Translations under genes and position numbers: made by a program
Shown: positions 31,425 to 39,471 of the stretch, in pieces
Layout: each line of letters starts with the position of its first letter
Numbering within the stretch: the first letter of the stretch is position 1
DNA from: a virus
IMG/VR virus record: IMGVR_UViG_3300030328_002122
Span: 81,195 to 145,194 of that record
Length of the DNA: 64,000 nt
Strand: one strand, 5' to 3'
Notes under the pieces: model-generated
Told to the model about the DNA's origin: nothing
Databases searched by the model: none
The model's input: only the letters and a program-made list of their open reading frames with translations

Positions 31425-31880
31425 ATGGCTATGAAAACATATACACCACTACTTTCTGAAGTTTTGAAGAAAGTAAACAATGCAAAAACAAAAGATAAAA
31501 AGGTTGCAGTTCTCAAAGAACATGATACTCAACCATTAAGAATAATAATAAAAGGTTCTTTTGATCCTAAAATTGTATGGATGCTTCCAGAAGGTAATGT
31601 TCCATATAAACCTAATGAATCAGAAGAAGGAACTGAACATACAGTTCTTGCAAGAGAAGCAAGAAAATTATACCATTATGTTAAGGGTGGTAATGATAGA
31701 TTACCAACAACAAAACGTGAAACTATGTTTATACAATTGCTTGAAGGGTTACATAAATCAGAAGCAGAATTAGTAATCAATGCAAAAGATAAAAAATTAC
31801 ATCAAATATATAAAGGATTATCTGCAGCTGTTGTTAAAGAAGCGTTTAATTGGAACGATAATTTTAATAGGAGAACATAA
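31425..31880 (+). CDS. conserved T4-like phage protein (DUF6433-like)
   Basis: LPEG.VPY...KRETMFIQLLEGLH..EAEL....KD motif. Confidence 0.7.
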   Translation: MAMKTYTPLLSEVLKKVNNAKTKDKKVAVLKEHDTQPLRIIIKGSFDPKIVWMLPEGNVPYKPNESEEGTEHTVLAREARKLYHYVKGGNDRLPTTKRETMFIQLLEGLHKSEAELVINAKDKKLHQIYKGLSAAVVKEAFNWNDNFNRRT

Positions 31881-31881
31881 A

Positions 31882-32337
31882 ATGGCATTTAAATTATCAC
31901 AAAGATCACTAGATAAATTAGAAGGCGTTGATGAACGTATGCAAAGAGTTGTCAAGGCTGCAATAGAATTGACTAAAACTGACTTTGGCGTGATTCAAGG
32001 TATGAGAACTGAAGCACAACAAAAAGAACTTGTAGCAAAAGGCGCAAGTCAAACTATGAAAAGTAAACATCTAGAAGGTAAAGCAGTTGACCTCATGGCC
32101 TATGTTGGTTCAAGGGGATCATGGGAACTGAATCTTTATGATGATCTTGCAGATGCAATGAAACAAGCGGCTATCCAAGAAGGTGTACAAGTACGTTGGG
32201 GAGCTGCATGGCAGATTGATGATATGCGAGATTGGGATGGTACAATGGAAGAAGCAATGAACGCATATATTGATTTACGCCGTTCACAAGGCAGACGCCC
32301 ATTTATTGATGGGCCACATTTTGAGTTAATGGATTAA
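31882..32337 (+). CDS. M15-family peptidase endolysin (L-Ala-D-Glu type)
   Basis: AGGAG SD before ATG 31882; LSQRS...L.GV, G.RT...Q, SKHL.G.AVD, WG..W and DGPHFEL motifs. Confidence 0.9.
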   Translation: MAFKLSQRSLDKLEGVDERMQRVVKAAIELTKTDFGVIQGMRTEAQQKELVAKGASQTMKSKHLEGKAVDLMAYVGSRGSWELNLYDDLADAMKQAAIQEGVQVRWGAAWQIDDMRDWDGTMEEAMNAYIDLRRSQGRRPFIDGPHFELMD

Positions 32338-32343
32338 AAACTA

Positions 32344-32372
32344 TTGACATTTATATTATGATATGATAGTCT
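32344..32372 (+). promoter_or_regulatory. sigma70-type promoter of small RNA (no TGATTCG)
   Basis: TTGACA-N17-TAGTCT with extended TG. Confidence 0.65.
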
Positions 32373-32378
32373 AATCCA

Positions 32379-32466
32379 TGTGTCGTGGGATTGTTAGTCC
32401 TCTCTCTCTCACTCTCAAAAATCTAATAACCCACGACAACTGAAAACCCTCTTATGAGGGTTTTTT
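32379..32466 (+). ncRNA. putative hairpin sRNA with CU-repeat loop
   Basis: 16-bp stem 32381-32397/32423-32438 (one bulge); 25-nt loop TCCTCTCTCTCTCACTCTCAAAAAT; terminator aaaaccctc-ttat-gagggtttttt; no ORF. Confidence 0.75.
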
Positions 32467-32486
32467 GTTTTGATAACAAAAAAGTG

Positions 32487-32515
32487 TTGACAAATAAAAC
32501 GAATCAGTATATACT
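32487..32515 (+). promoter_or_regulatory. early promoter with CGAATCA in spacer
   Basis: TTGACA-aataaaaCGAATCAgta-TATACT. Confidence 0.85.
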
Positions 32516-32520
32516 GTAAG

Positions 32521-32720
32521 TATAGTTAACAAAAGAGGGAGATTAAAACCAATGACATGGGTATAACGAGGGTAACAGAGTGGGTTACAAGTTTGGTAAA
32601 CTCAAGGGCCTAATACTCTTAAAGAAGTTACTGCATCAAGGGTGGGTGTCCGAAGCTTGATGACAACTGACAAGGACTCAAGAGGGAACTGAAACAATAG
32701 TCGAGTTCCCTCTTTTTTTT
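32521..32720 (+). ncRNA. putative structured early ncRNA (with 4-codon uORF MTWV)
   Basis: Between strong promoter 32487 and terminator 32680-32720; several helices; no ORF longer than a few codons after the SD. Confidence 0.5.
32680..32720 (+). terminator. Rho-independent terminator
   Basis: aagagggaact...agttccctct followed by T run. Confidence 0.8.
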
Positions 32721-32722
32721 AC

Positions 32723-32751
32723 TTGACAAATAAAACGAATCAGTGTATAAT
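32723..32751 (+). promoter_or_regulatory. early promoter with CGAATCA in spacer
   Basis: TTGACA-aataaaaCGAATCAgtg-TATAAT. Confidence 0.9.
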
Positions 32752-32784
32752 ATAGGTATAGTTAATAAGAGAGAGATGTATAAA

Positions 32785-32967
32785 ATGGATATTGCAGTTT
32801 TACAAGACAACATGATTTTCTTTACTGATTTGTTAAATAAATTAGAAAAGAAGAAAAAGAAAACGCCTGGAAATGGTTTTGCAATAATGAAATGCAAAGA
32901 AAAGATTGCAGAAATTAATCTTATCTTTGATAAAATTAATTATAATTCACAAATTACATACGACTAA
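32785..32967 (+). CDS. early hypothetical protein
   Basis: ATG 32785 after AGAGAGAGA leader. Confidence 0.55.
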   Translation: MDIAVLQDNMIFFTDLLNKLEKKKKKTPGNGFAIMKCKEKIAEINLIFDKINYNSQITYD

Positions 32968-33389
32968 TGTATATAGAATTTTCAAAAACAAATAAGAAAC
33001 AACAACGAATCATTGAGGATGCTCTCTGGTTCGCAAAGGCATATCTATTACCTAAACATAAGATTGATGAGATTCATGTTGAGTCTGTAAAAAAATGGAA
33101 TTATAGAGATGGTGATTGTTATGATACAGATGATAGATCCTATCATATAAGAGTTAGAAAGAATATGTCAGAAGATGTTTTGATTAAAACAATCTTTCAT
33201 GAATTTGCTCATATTAAACAATCAATCAAAAAAGAATTTGGTGATATTTTTGGAATTTTGAGTGATGATGCATCATGGATTTCTTATGATGATAGACCTT
33301 ATGAAATGGATGCTTTTAAATTAGAAAATGAAATGTTCGATAAGTATGCTAAAGATGGAAAATTTAAATTTTCTATAGATGATATCTAG
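32967..33389 (+). CDS. zincin-like metallopeptidase
   Basis: TIFHEFAHIKQ...Y..RPYE.DA motif. Confidence 0.75.
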   Translation: MYIEFSKTNKKQQRIIEDALWFAKAYLLPKHKIDEIHVESVKKWNYRDGDCYDTDDRSYHIRVRKNMSEDVLIKTIFHEFAHIKQSIKKEFGDIFGILSDDASWISYDDRPYEMDAFKLENEMFDKYAKDGKFKFSIDDI

Positions 33390-33400
33390 AGGAGAGAGTT

Positions 33401-33604
33401 ATGGGAATGTCAAGTTACGTATTAGATTTTGAAGAAAAATTTTGGGATTATGCTCACGAAATTGTTGGTGAATGTGAATGTTATAAAGAATTTTATAATA
33501 AAATGTTTAAATTTGATGATATTACTACAACCTATTCTATTATAACATGGCCGCACAATGAATTAAATATGTTTTGGGATGAATTTTGGGTTGGAAAACA
33601 ATAA
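33401..33604 (+). CDS. hypothetical protein
   Basis: GAGGAGAGAG leader; ORF. Confidence 0.55.
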   Translation: MGMSSYVLDFEEKFWDYAHEIVGECECYKEFYNKMFKFDDITTTYSIITWPHNELNMFWDEFWVGKQ

Positions 33605-33613
33605 ATACTTGTA

Positions 33614-34048
33614 ATGTTACTTCAAACTGCACTAATATGTATGGCTATGAATGTATATCACGAAGCACGTTCAGAACCTATTGTTGGACAAATTGCTGTC
33701 GCACAAGTTGTTATCAATCGTGTAAATGATAAACGATTTCCAGATACAATTTGTGGAGTTGTTAAGCAAGCAGTTTTAGATAGTAATGGTTTACCTAAAA
33801 AAAATATGTGTCATTTTAGTTGGTACTGTGATGGTGCAGACGATATGCCGAATACAGAAAGTAAATCATGGGAAACTTCTTTGATGGTTGCAAAGACAGT
33901 AATATCTGGAAAGACAGAAGAACTTGTAAGTAATGCAACACATTATCATGCAACTTCTGTTTTTCCATATTGGGCTAAGAATAAAAAATATAAAAGAATT
34001 GCAAAGATTGATAGTCATATATTTTATAGATGGGAGAACAGAAAATGA
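33614..34048 (+). CDS. SleB-like cell wall hydrolase (Hydrolase_2)
   Basis: NVYHEARSE, AVAQVVINRV, FPDTICGVV, FSWYCDG, ATHYHA and HIFY motifs. Confidence 0.92.
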   Translation: MLLQTALICMAMNVYHEARSEPIVGQIAVAQVVINRVNDKRFPDTICGVVKQAVLDSNGLPKKNMCHFSWYCDGADDMPNTESKSWETSLMVAKTVISGKTEELVSNATHYHATSVFPYWAKNKKYKRIAKIDSHIFYRWENRK

Positions 34049-34206
34049 AGTTTGATGAGCGGATATCTTTAAGACAAGAAAATGCAGAATTGAGGCAAGA
34101 AATAAAAATGTTAAAAGAAGAAATTGCATCAATGAATAAGGAAAAATACGGACTCCTAAATAGAATAAAAGAGTTAAGTGATTTAAGAGAAGCGATAATT
34201 AGATAA
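34045..34206 (+). CDS. 53-aa coiled-coil protein, not in ORF track
   Basis: ATGA/TAATG coupling with both neighbours. Confidence 0.55.
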   Translation: MKFDERISLRQENAELRQEIKMLKEEIASMNKEKYGLLNRIKELSDLREAIIR

Positions 34207-34517
34207 TGCCTACATTTAGATTTATGAATAATGAAACTGGCGAACAGTTTGATGACTTTTTGTCAAATTCTAAAAGAGAAGATCTTTTAGAAAAAAATCC
34301 ACACATAACACAAGTACCTACGCCATTTGCAATTGTATCTACAGTTGCAACGACAGTAGATAGTAAAACTGATGATGGTTTTAAAGAAGTGTTACAGAAG
34401 ATTGGTGAAAATCACCCAGGCAGTGAAATAGACGAAAGATACAATAGAAGAAGTGTAAAACAATCACAGACAAAACGAGTGATTGATAAACACAGAAGTA
34501 AATGGAAAGTTAGTTAA
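34206..34517 (+). CDS. conserved T4-like protein upstream of phoH (FmdB-like N-terminus)
   Basis: MPTFRF.N.ETGE...DGFKEVL.KI...HPGS motif. Confidence 0.65.
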   Translation: MPTFRFMNNETGEQFDDFLSNSKREDLLEKNPHITQVPTPFAIVSTVATTVDSKTDDGFKEVLQKIGENHPGSEIDERYNRRSVKQSQTKRVIDKHRSKWKVS

Positions 34518-35224
34518 TGGCTAAAGCAAAAGATATTAGAATTGATGATATGATTTCTGTATCGCCAGTTGGTGATAATCAAAAGAAAGTATTTGAACAT
34601 TATAAAAAAGGAAAGAATATGTTTCTCTATGGTGCAGCTGGTACAGGAAAAACATTTATTTCTTTATATCTTGCATTACAGGAATGTCTAAGAAATGATA
34701 CTAAGTATGATACAGTTTATCTAGTTCGTAGTGCAGTTCCTACAAGAGAAATAGGTTTTTTACCAGGCGATGAAGAAGATAAAACTGCGTTGTTTCAAGT
34801 ACCATATCAGAATATGGTGAGGTTTATATTCTCACAACCAAATGAACACGCATTTTCTTTATTGTATGATAGATTAAAAGGTCAACAAAGTTTGATGTTT
34901 CTGACTACATCTTTTCTACGAGGTATAACATTAGATAATGCAATTATTATTGTAGATGAGTGCCAGAACCTAAATTTTCACGAGCTAGACACTATTATGA
35001 CAAGAGTTGGACAAGATAGTAAGATAATGTTCTGTGGTGATTTCTTTCAGACAGATTTACAAAAACCTTCAGAGAAAGAAGGATTAAAATACTTTATGTC
35101 CATCATATCTAAAATGAGTAGTTTTTCTACAGTAGAATTTAACTTAGGGGATATAGTTCGTTCTGGTCTAGTAAAAGAATATCTTATTAGTAAGATTAAA
35201 ACAGGCCAGGAAAAAAATGAGTGA
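34517..35224 (+). CDS. phoH: PhoH-family ATPase
   Basis: GAAGTGKT, IGFLPG, SFLRGITL, IIVDECQN, TRVG, GD..Q.DL and DIVRSGLV motifs. Confidence 0.95.
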   Translation: MAKAKDIRIDDMISVSPVGDNQKKVFEHYKKGKNMFLYGAAGTGKTFISLYLALQECLRNDTKYDTVYLVRSAVPTREIGFLPGDEEDKTALFQVPYQNMVRFIFSQPNEHAFSLLYDRLKGQQSLMFLTTSFLRGITLDNAIIIVDECQNLNFHELDTIMTRVGQDSKIMFCGDFFQTDLQKPSEKEGLKYFMSIISKMSSFSTVEFNLGDIVRSGLVKEYLISKIKTGQEKNE

Positions 35225-35354
35225 TGAGGATATAAAAGATTTTATTGATTATTTTGGAGAAGATAATATACCATCGCCAGAAAATTATCCAAGAAAATTT
35301 GCATGGTTAATGAGGTGGTACAAAGTAGTGGTAAGGAATAGAGAAAATGGGTAA
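35217..35354 (+). CDS. 45-aa hypothetical protein, not in ORF track
   Basis: MSDEDIKDFIDYFGEDNIPSPENYPRKFAWL; overlaps both neighbours. Confidence 0.55.
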   Translation: MSDEDIKDFIDYFGEDNIPSPENYPRKFAWLMRWYKVVVRNRENG

Positions 35355-35607
35355 AAAGAAAAAAAGAGATAAACAAACTTCTAAAGGTGAAAGACGAAGT
35401 GTTTCTAAAAGTATTACCAAGTCTTTACGTATAGATTTTATAGAATCTGGTCAGAGGGTGGTACGCCAAGCAGAAGCTTTTCGTAAGGGTAAAAAGGTTA
35501 TGGTAACAATGCCTAACCCTAATAAATCTGAAACAAATAGACCTTTTATTCGTGTACCAGCTACAGAAGTTTGGAAAAGAATTTCTTTAAAACCATTGAC
35601 AATGTAA
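35347..35607 (+). CDS. basic hypothetical protein
   Basis: NPNKSETNRPFIRV motif. Confidence 0.6.
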   Translation: MGKKKKRDKQTSKGERRSVSKSITKSLRIDFIESGQRVVRQAEAFRKGKKVMVTMPNPNKSETNRPFIRVPATEVWKRISLKPLTM

Positions 35608-35654
35608 GTTATATTTGATATATTGATTTAAATTAATTATAGAATGGAAATATT

Positions 35655-36365
35655 ATGTTTATACACGAGTCGGTAGATATACCAGAGGTATCTACAAAAA
35701 ACGTCAATCGAAAAAGATTTTATGTGACACCAGAAGGTGGATTATATCCATCTATTACTACAGTACTTTCTCTTAGAAAGAAACAAGGTCTTTCAGAATG
35801 GAGAAAACGAGTCGGTGATGATGTTGCAAATTATATTGCAAGAACGGCTGCAAATCGTGGAACGAAAGTTCACCAGATGTGTGAGGATTTTCTAAACAAT
35901 AAAGAAGTAACTAAAGACAATAGAGATTTTTTACCATATTGTTTATTCACACAAATCAAAGATGTTATCAAAACAAATATAAATAATATATATGCACAAG
36001 AATGTGGATTATGGAGTGATAAATACAAAGTTGCAGGCCGAGTAGATTGCATTGCAGAGTATAACAACATTCCATCTATAATTGATTTTAAAACTTCCAA
36101 ATCAGAAAGAAAAGATGATTGGAACTTAGAGTATTATATACAAGCATCTGCATATGCAGAGATGTTTGAGGAAAGAACAGGAAAACCAATAGAGCAAATT
36201 GTTATTCTTGTGGTTACAGAAGATGGTCATGTTCAAGAGTTTATTAGAAAGAAACATGAGTATTTACCTATGCTTGTTGAAGTTATTGATGAATTTGTAA
36301 TGCAATGGGAAAGAGAAGAAAATGCAAAAAATAATTCTAATAATAACATTTCTGTTAACGCTTAA
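35655..36365 (+). CDS. PD-(D/E)xK exonuclease (Cas4-like phage exonuclease)
   Basis: YPSITTVL, RGT.VH, AGRVDCIAE, IIDFKTS and Q..AYA motifs. Confidence 0.88.
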   Translation: MFIHESVDIPEVSTKNVNRKRFYVTPEGGLYPSITTVLSLRKKQGLSEWRKRVGDDVANYIARTAANRGTKVHQMCEDFLNNKEVTKDNRDFLPYCLFTQIKDVIKTNINNIYAQECGLWSDKYKVAGRVDCIAEYNNIPSIIDFKTSKSERKDDWNLEYYIQASAYAEMFEERTGKPIEQIVILVVTEDGHVQEFIRKKHEYLPMLVEVIDEFVMQWEREENAKNNSNNNISVNA

Positions 36366-36678
36366 TATCTATAGTGTAAATGCACAACCCACTACTGGTT
36401 GGGTAATGAAACCAACTCAATGTGGTAATGCAGATGTTGTTATAGAAGGTCTGAAATCAGCAGGAGAAGATCCTTTTGTTTGGATGAATGGTCGTTCTAT
36501 GAGTGTAGAAGGTATATTTCTAGATACCAGATTTGTTTTAGCTATGAACACAAAAACACTTGATTGGACTCTTTTAGAGTTTACTAGAGATAATAAATTT
36601 GCGTGTGTACTAGGATCTGGTAATGGAACAATTAATATGAATACAGAAATAAATAAGAAAAAAGGTGTTGACTTATAA
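36322..36678 (+). CDS. secreted/periplasmic hypothetical protein
   Basis: Signal peptide; KP.QC...WTLLE....ACVLGSG. Confidence 0.55.
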   Translation: MQKIILIITFLLTLNIYSVNAQPTTGWVMKPTQCGNADVVIEGLKSAGEDPFVWMNGRSMSVEGIFLDTRFVLAMNTKTLDWTLLEFTRDNKFACVLGSGNGTINMNTEINKKKGVDL

Positions 36679-36698
36679 TATTCTATATGTTATAAATA
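36668..36698 (+). promoter_or_regulatory. composite sigma70/late promoter of tmRNA
   Basis: TTGACT-N17-TATAAATA. Confidence 0.75.
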
Positions 36699-36702
36699 AG
36701 GT

Positions 36703-37044
36703 ACAGTTTGTTGATACGAATTGATGTTTGGATAGGACTTGGGGGCAGTACCCAACGCCTCCACCATAGACACACTAGGTTTTGGTATATCAATTGATAT
36801 ATAACCATACCTTTGTACACAATGGTTAACATCATCTGATCGGAAGGTAGGATCAGCTAGTGTGTCTTTGATGGGGGCGAAATAGGATCGACTAACAAAT
36901 GAATATGAGAGTAGAACTGTCGCATGACCTCGTTATCGGTCAAAACAAATAAGTGCAAACAATAATTTTGCGCCTGTAGATTTCGCCATAGCGGCTTAAT
37001 CGTACTGAGTTTTGGTGGTGTACTTGGAAACAGAAACACCACTA
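36703..37044 (+). ncRNA. ssrA: circularly permuted two-piece tmRNA (alphaproteobacterial type)
   Basis: Acceptor piece ends TTGGG-GGCAGTA-CCCAA-CGCCTCC-ACCA (36766). Coding piece starts GGGGGCGAAATAGGATCGAC (36873) and forms a 7-bp acceptor stem with G3:U70. Tag at 36955-36999 = ANNNFAPVDFAIAA*. 3' hairpin with GGAAACAGAA. Confidence 0.95.
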
Positions 37045-37136
37045 CATGAATAGGGTCACTACTTAATAGGTGCGTGTGGAGTCATGGTTAACTCCATTTC
37101 AACAAAACACAACATGACAATAAAGGAGTCTTTGTG

Positions 37137-37370
37137 ATGAATCTAGAAGAAGTTGTAAAAATTACACCAAAGAAATTTGCATTACAGATTGAAGAAATCG
37201 TTAAATGTGGTGGTGTAACTTATATGGATGCTATTCTAGATTATTGCGAAAAGAATAATATGGAGCCAGATACAGTTGCTCCATTGATTTCTAAACCTCT
37301 GAAAGAGAAGTTAGAGGCAGATGCAAGGGAATTAAACTTTTTACCAAGAGTTGCAACATTACCTATTTAA
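37137..37370 (+). CDS. gp33: late transcription coactivator (T4 gp33)
   Basis: F...IE.IV......YMDAILDYCE.N..E......LISKPLKEKL..DA..LNFL. Confidence 0.9.
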   Translation: MNLEEVVKITPKKFALQIEEIVKCGGVTYMDAILDYCEKNNMEPDTVAPLISKPLKEKLEADARELNFLPRVATLPI

Positions 37371-37372
37371 TT

Positions 37373-37948
37373 ATGGAATCGTGGGAAGCCTATCAGATGT
37401 ATCTAGGTCTTAAATTACACTTTACAAGTGACTATGATTACAGACGATATGGTGGTAAAACATCTGCCTCTAAATCATCTTTCTTGAAAAGAAAAGACAG
37501 GAATTTCTTTTCAAGAGTTGTAAGAAAATATGAAGGTAAAGAATTAGATTTTTTTATATCTAATTTTATTAAGCAACCGAAAGGTTATATTGGAGATTTT
37601 AAGGAAGAAAATTTTATAGAGTGGTCTAAAAATCAACAATCGTTGACATATAACTTTATTAAAGATATGTCACATTTAGTTTCTCAAGAAAGTTTTGATA
37701 ACATATTTAAATGCGAGTCTGGTAAACATCCAACTCTTGTCAAATCTTATCTTGCAAAAAGAATTAGTTTAGAAACTATGGTGATATTACAAAGTTTAGT
37801 CAACTACATGGAACAGTTTAATAGGGATTTAAAACAAGACTTAATATGGCCAGACATAAGAAGAATGGTTACGAAATATAGTTCGTTTTTATCTTTTGAT
37901 AAACATAAATGCAAAATAAAACTTCTAGAATTACTAAAGGAGATATGA
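37373..37948 (+). CDS. gp59: helicase loader (T4 gp59)
   Basis: Y..YL.LK.HFT..YDY..Y.GK......F..RKD..FF; ISLET motif. Confidence 0.88.
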   Translation: MESWEAYQMYLGLKLHFTSDYDYRRYGGKTSASKSSFLKRKDRNFFSRVVRKYEGKELDFFISNFIKQPKGYIGDFKEENFIEWSKNQQSLTYNFIKDMSHLVSQESFDNIFKCESGKHPTLVKSYLAKRISLETMVILQSLVNYMEQFNRDLKQDLIWPDIRRMVTKYSSFLSFDKHKCKIKLLELLKEI

Positions 37949-37950
37949 TC

Positions 37951-38157
37951 GTGGAAAAAGAAATGCACTCTAATAATAAAAGTAAACTTGTTAGAGAAAG
38001 AGATTTTTATCGTGCTAAAATGAGTGAATTAAAAAATAAGATAAAAGCTCTTGAATATGATAATGCAGAATTAATTAAACGTGATCAAGTTTTATCTAAG
38101 AGAATGGAAGAAATAACTTCCTTGAGATCACTTAAACAAAAGAAAAGGGTTAATTGA
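37951..38157 (+). CDS. coiled-coil hypothetical protein
   Basis: ORF; start uncertain (37945-37963). Confidence 0.5.
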   Translation: MEKEMHSNNKSKLVRERDFYRAKMSELKNKIKALEYDNAELIKRDQVLSKRMEEITSLRSLKQKKRVN

Positions 38158-38167
38158 GGATTTATAA

Positions 38168-38365
38168 ATGGATAAATTATTTGTACTTGTAGTTTCATTA
38201 TGGGGTAATAATGGATCTGATTGGGTTTATATAGGCAATCAATATGTTCTAAATGAACCTATGCCTAAAGAAAGATGTATTGAAATGGCCGATTTAGATA
38301 ATTGGTCGTGGTGGGAAACCAACGAATATTACACAGTACAGTTAAGTTGTGAAGAGGCGAAATAA
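38168..38365 (+). CDS. hypothetical protein
   Basis: GAGG SD; ORF. Confidence 0.55.
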   Translation: MDKLFVLVVSLWGNNGSDWVYIGNQYVLNEPMPKERCIEMADLDNWSWWETNEYYTVQLSCEEAK

Positions 38366-38368
38366 AGT

Positions 38369-39109
38369 ATGGTGACCAAAATACAAGGAATAAATAACTT
38401 GACACCAAACGCAAAATTAGTGTCGTATTCGACACCAACTAAAAATTTTTCAGAGGAAGGATTGAAAGATGTACAAGATCTCATTTCGTACTGTGCTCGT
38501 GTTTCCAATCCATCAAACCAATTTAACAAAGCGACAGCGCAAAAACTTATCATATATCTCATTAAACACAAACACTGGTCGCCATTGGAGATGGCTAGCG
38601 CTTGCATAGAGATAGAAACTACAAGAGATATCGCACACCAAATTGTAAGACATAGAAGTTTTTCATTTCAAGAGTTTAGTCAAAGATATGCAAATCCAGA
38701 TGAGATGGGTGATGCATTTACTATACGTGAGTGTAGATTACAAGACAGTACTAATAGACAAAATTCTATAGAAATAGAAAATGATCCATCATTACAATTG
38801 GATCAATCAAGACAAGAACTTATAACCGAATGGCAACGCAGACAACATGGTATTATTAACCAATCTAAAGAAGTTTATGATTGGGCTATAAAAAATGGTA
38901 TTGCAAAAGAACAAGCTCGTGTAGTATTACCAGAGGGTTTAACTAAGAGTAGAATACTTATGAATGGAACACTAAGATCATGGGTACATTATATAGAGTT
39001 AAGAACTGCAAAGGGTACACAGAAAGAACATATGCAAATTGCAGAAGGTTGTGCAATTGAAATTTCAAAAATATTTCCAATGATGGAGAATTTAAATGGA
39101 AAGAGATGA
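38369..39109 (+). CDS. thyX: flavin-dependent thymidylate synthase
   Basis: ARVS, HWSPLE, RHRSFSFQEFSQRY, KEQAR.VLP and LR....TQKEH motifs. Confidence 0.96.
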   Translation: MVTKIQGINNLTPNAKLVSYSTPTKNFSEEGLKDVQDLISYCARVSNPSNQFNKATAQKLIIYLIKHKHWSPLEMASACIEIETTRDIAHQIVRHRSFSFQEFSQRYANPDEMGDAFTIRECRLQDSTNRQNSIEIENDPSLQLDQSRQELITEWQRRQHGIINQSKEVYDWAIKNGIAKEQARVVLPEGLTKSRILMNGTLRSWVHYIELRTAKGTQKEHMQIAEGCAIEISKIFPMMENLNGKR

Positions 39110-39434
39110 ATACACTAGACTTAGATTAAGTCTTAAAAAGATCAAAGAAGAAGTTTCGCATATAGAACAAACTATAGAAAATATAAAAATTCGTAAGATA
39201 ACAGAAGGATTGACTTATGCAGAATGGGCTGCAAATCAAGCTAAAGAAGAACAAAAAAAGTCAATTCAAGAAGCTCTTGTAGAACACGAAGAAAAAGAGT
39301 TTGAAAAATGGTTTGAGGAAGAACATAATCAAAAATTTGACAAGTTGACTTTTCAACAATCAAAAGATATTGGTATCAAGTTTAGTGGTACATACGAAGA
39401 TGATAAACCACCATTACACGAAAAAGATAACTAA
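39096..39434 (+). CDS. hypothetical protein
   Basis: Coupled ORF with GGAG SD. Confidence 0.5.
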   Translation: MERDEYTRLRLSLKKIKEEVSHIEQTIENIKIRKITEGLTYAEWAANQAKEEQKKSIQEALVEHEEKEFEKWFEEEHNQKFDKLTFQQSKDIGIKFSGTYEDDKPPLHEKDN

Positions 39435-39440
39435 AATATA

Positions 39441-39471
39441 TTGACAATTGATTGTGTAAATGATATAAATA
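39441..39471 (+). promoter_or_regulatory. composite sigma70/late promoter of gp32
   Basis: TTGACA-N17-TATAAATA. Confidence 0.8.

Noticed and set aside
32520-32530. CtrA boxes at the recurring tagttaa(c/t)aa element after early promoters
   Set aside because: Only a TTAA half-site; no TTAA-N7-TTAA spacing. It may simply be a conserved initial transcribed region
32655-32712. Possible hammerhead ribozyme (ttgatga/ctgacaa ... gaaac-aata-gtc)
   Set aside because: No proper CUGANGA core with a pairable stem II and stem I; the region is better explained as a terminator hairpin
32480-32770. CRISPR-like repeat (ttgacaaataaaacgaatcagt twice)
   Set aside because: The copies are promoters dispersed through the genome, not a regularly spaced array; no cas genes (the 35655 nuclease is the usual T4-like exonuclease)
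36735-36766. tRNA-Ala gene
   Set aside because: Only T-arm and acceptor 3' strand are present; the 5' strand lies downstream, so it is part of the permuted tmRNA. No canonical tRNA was recognised in the window
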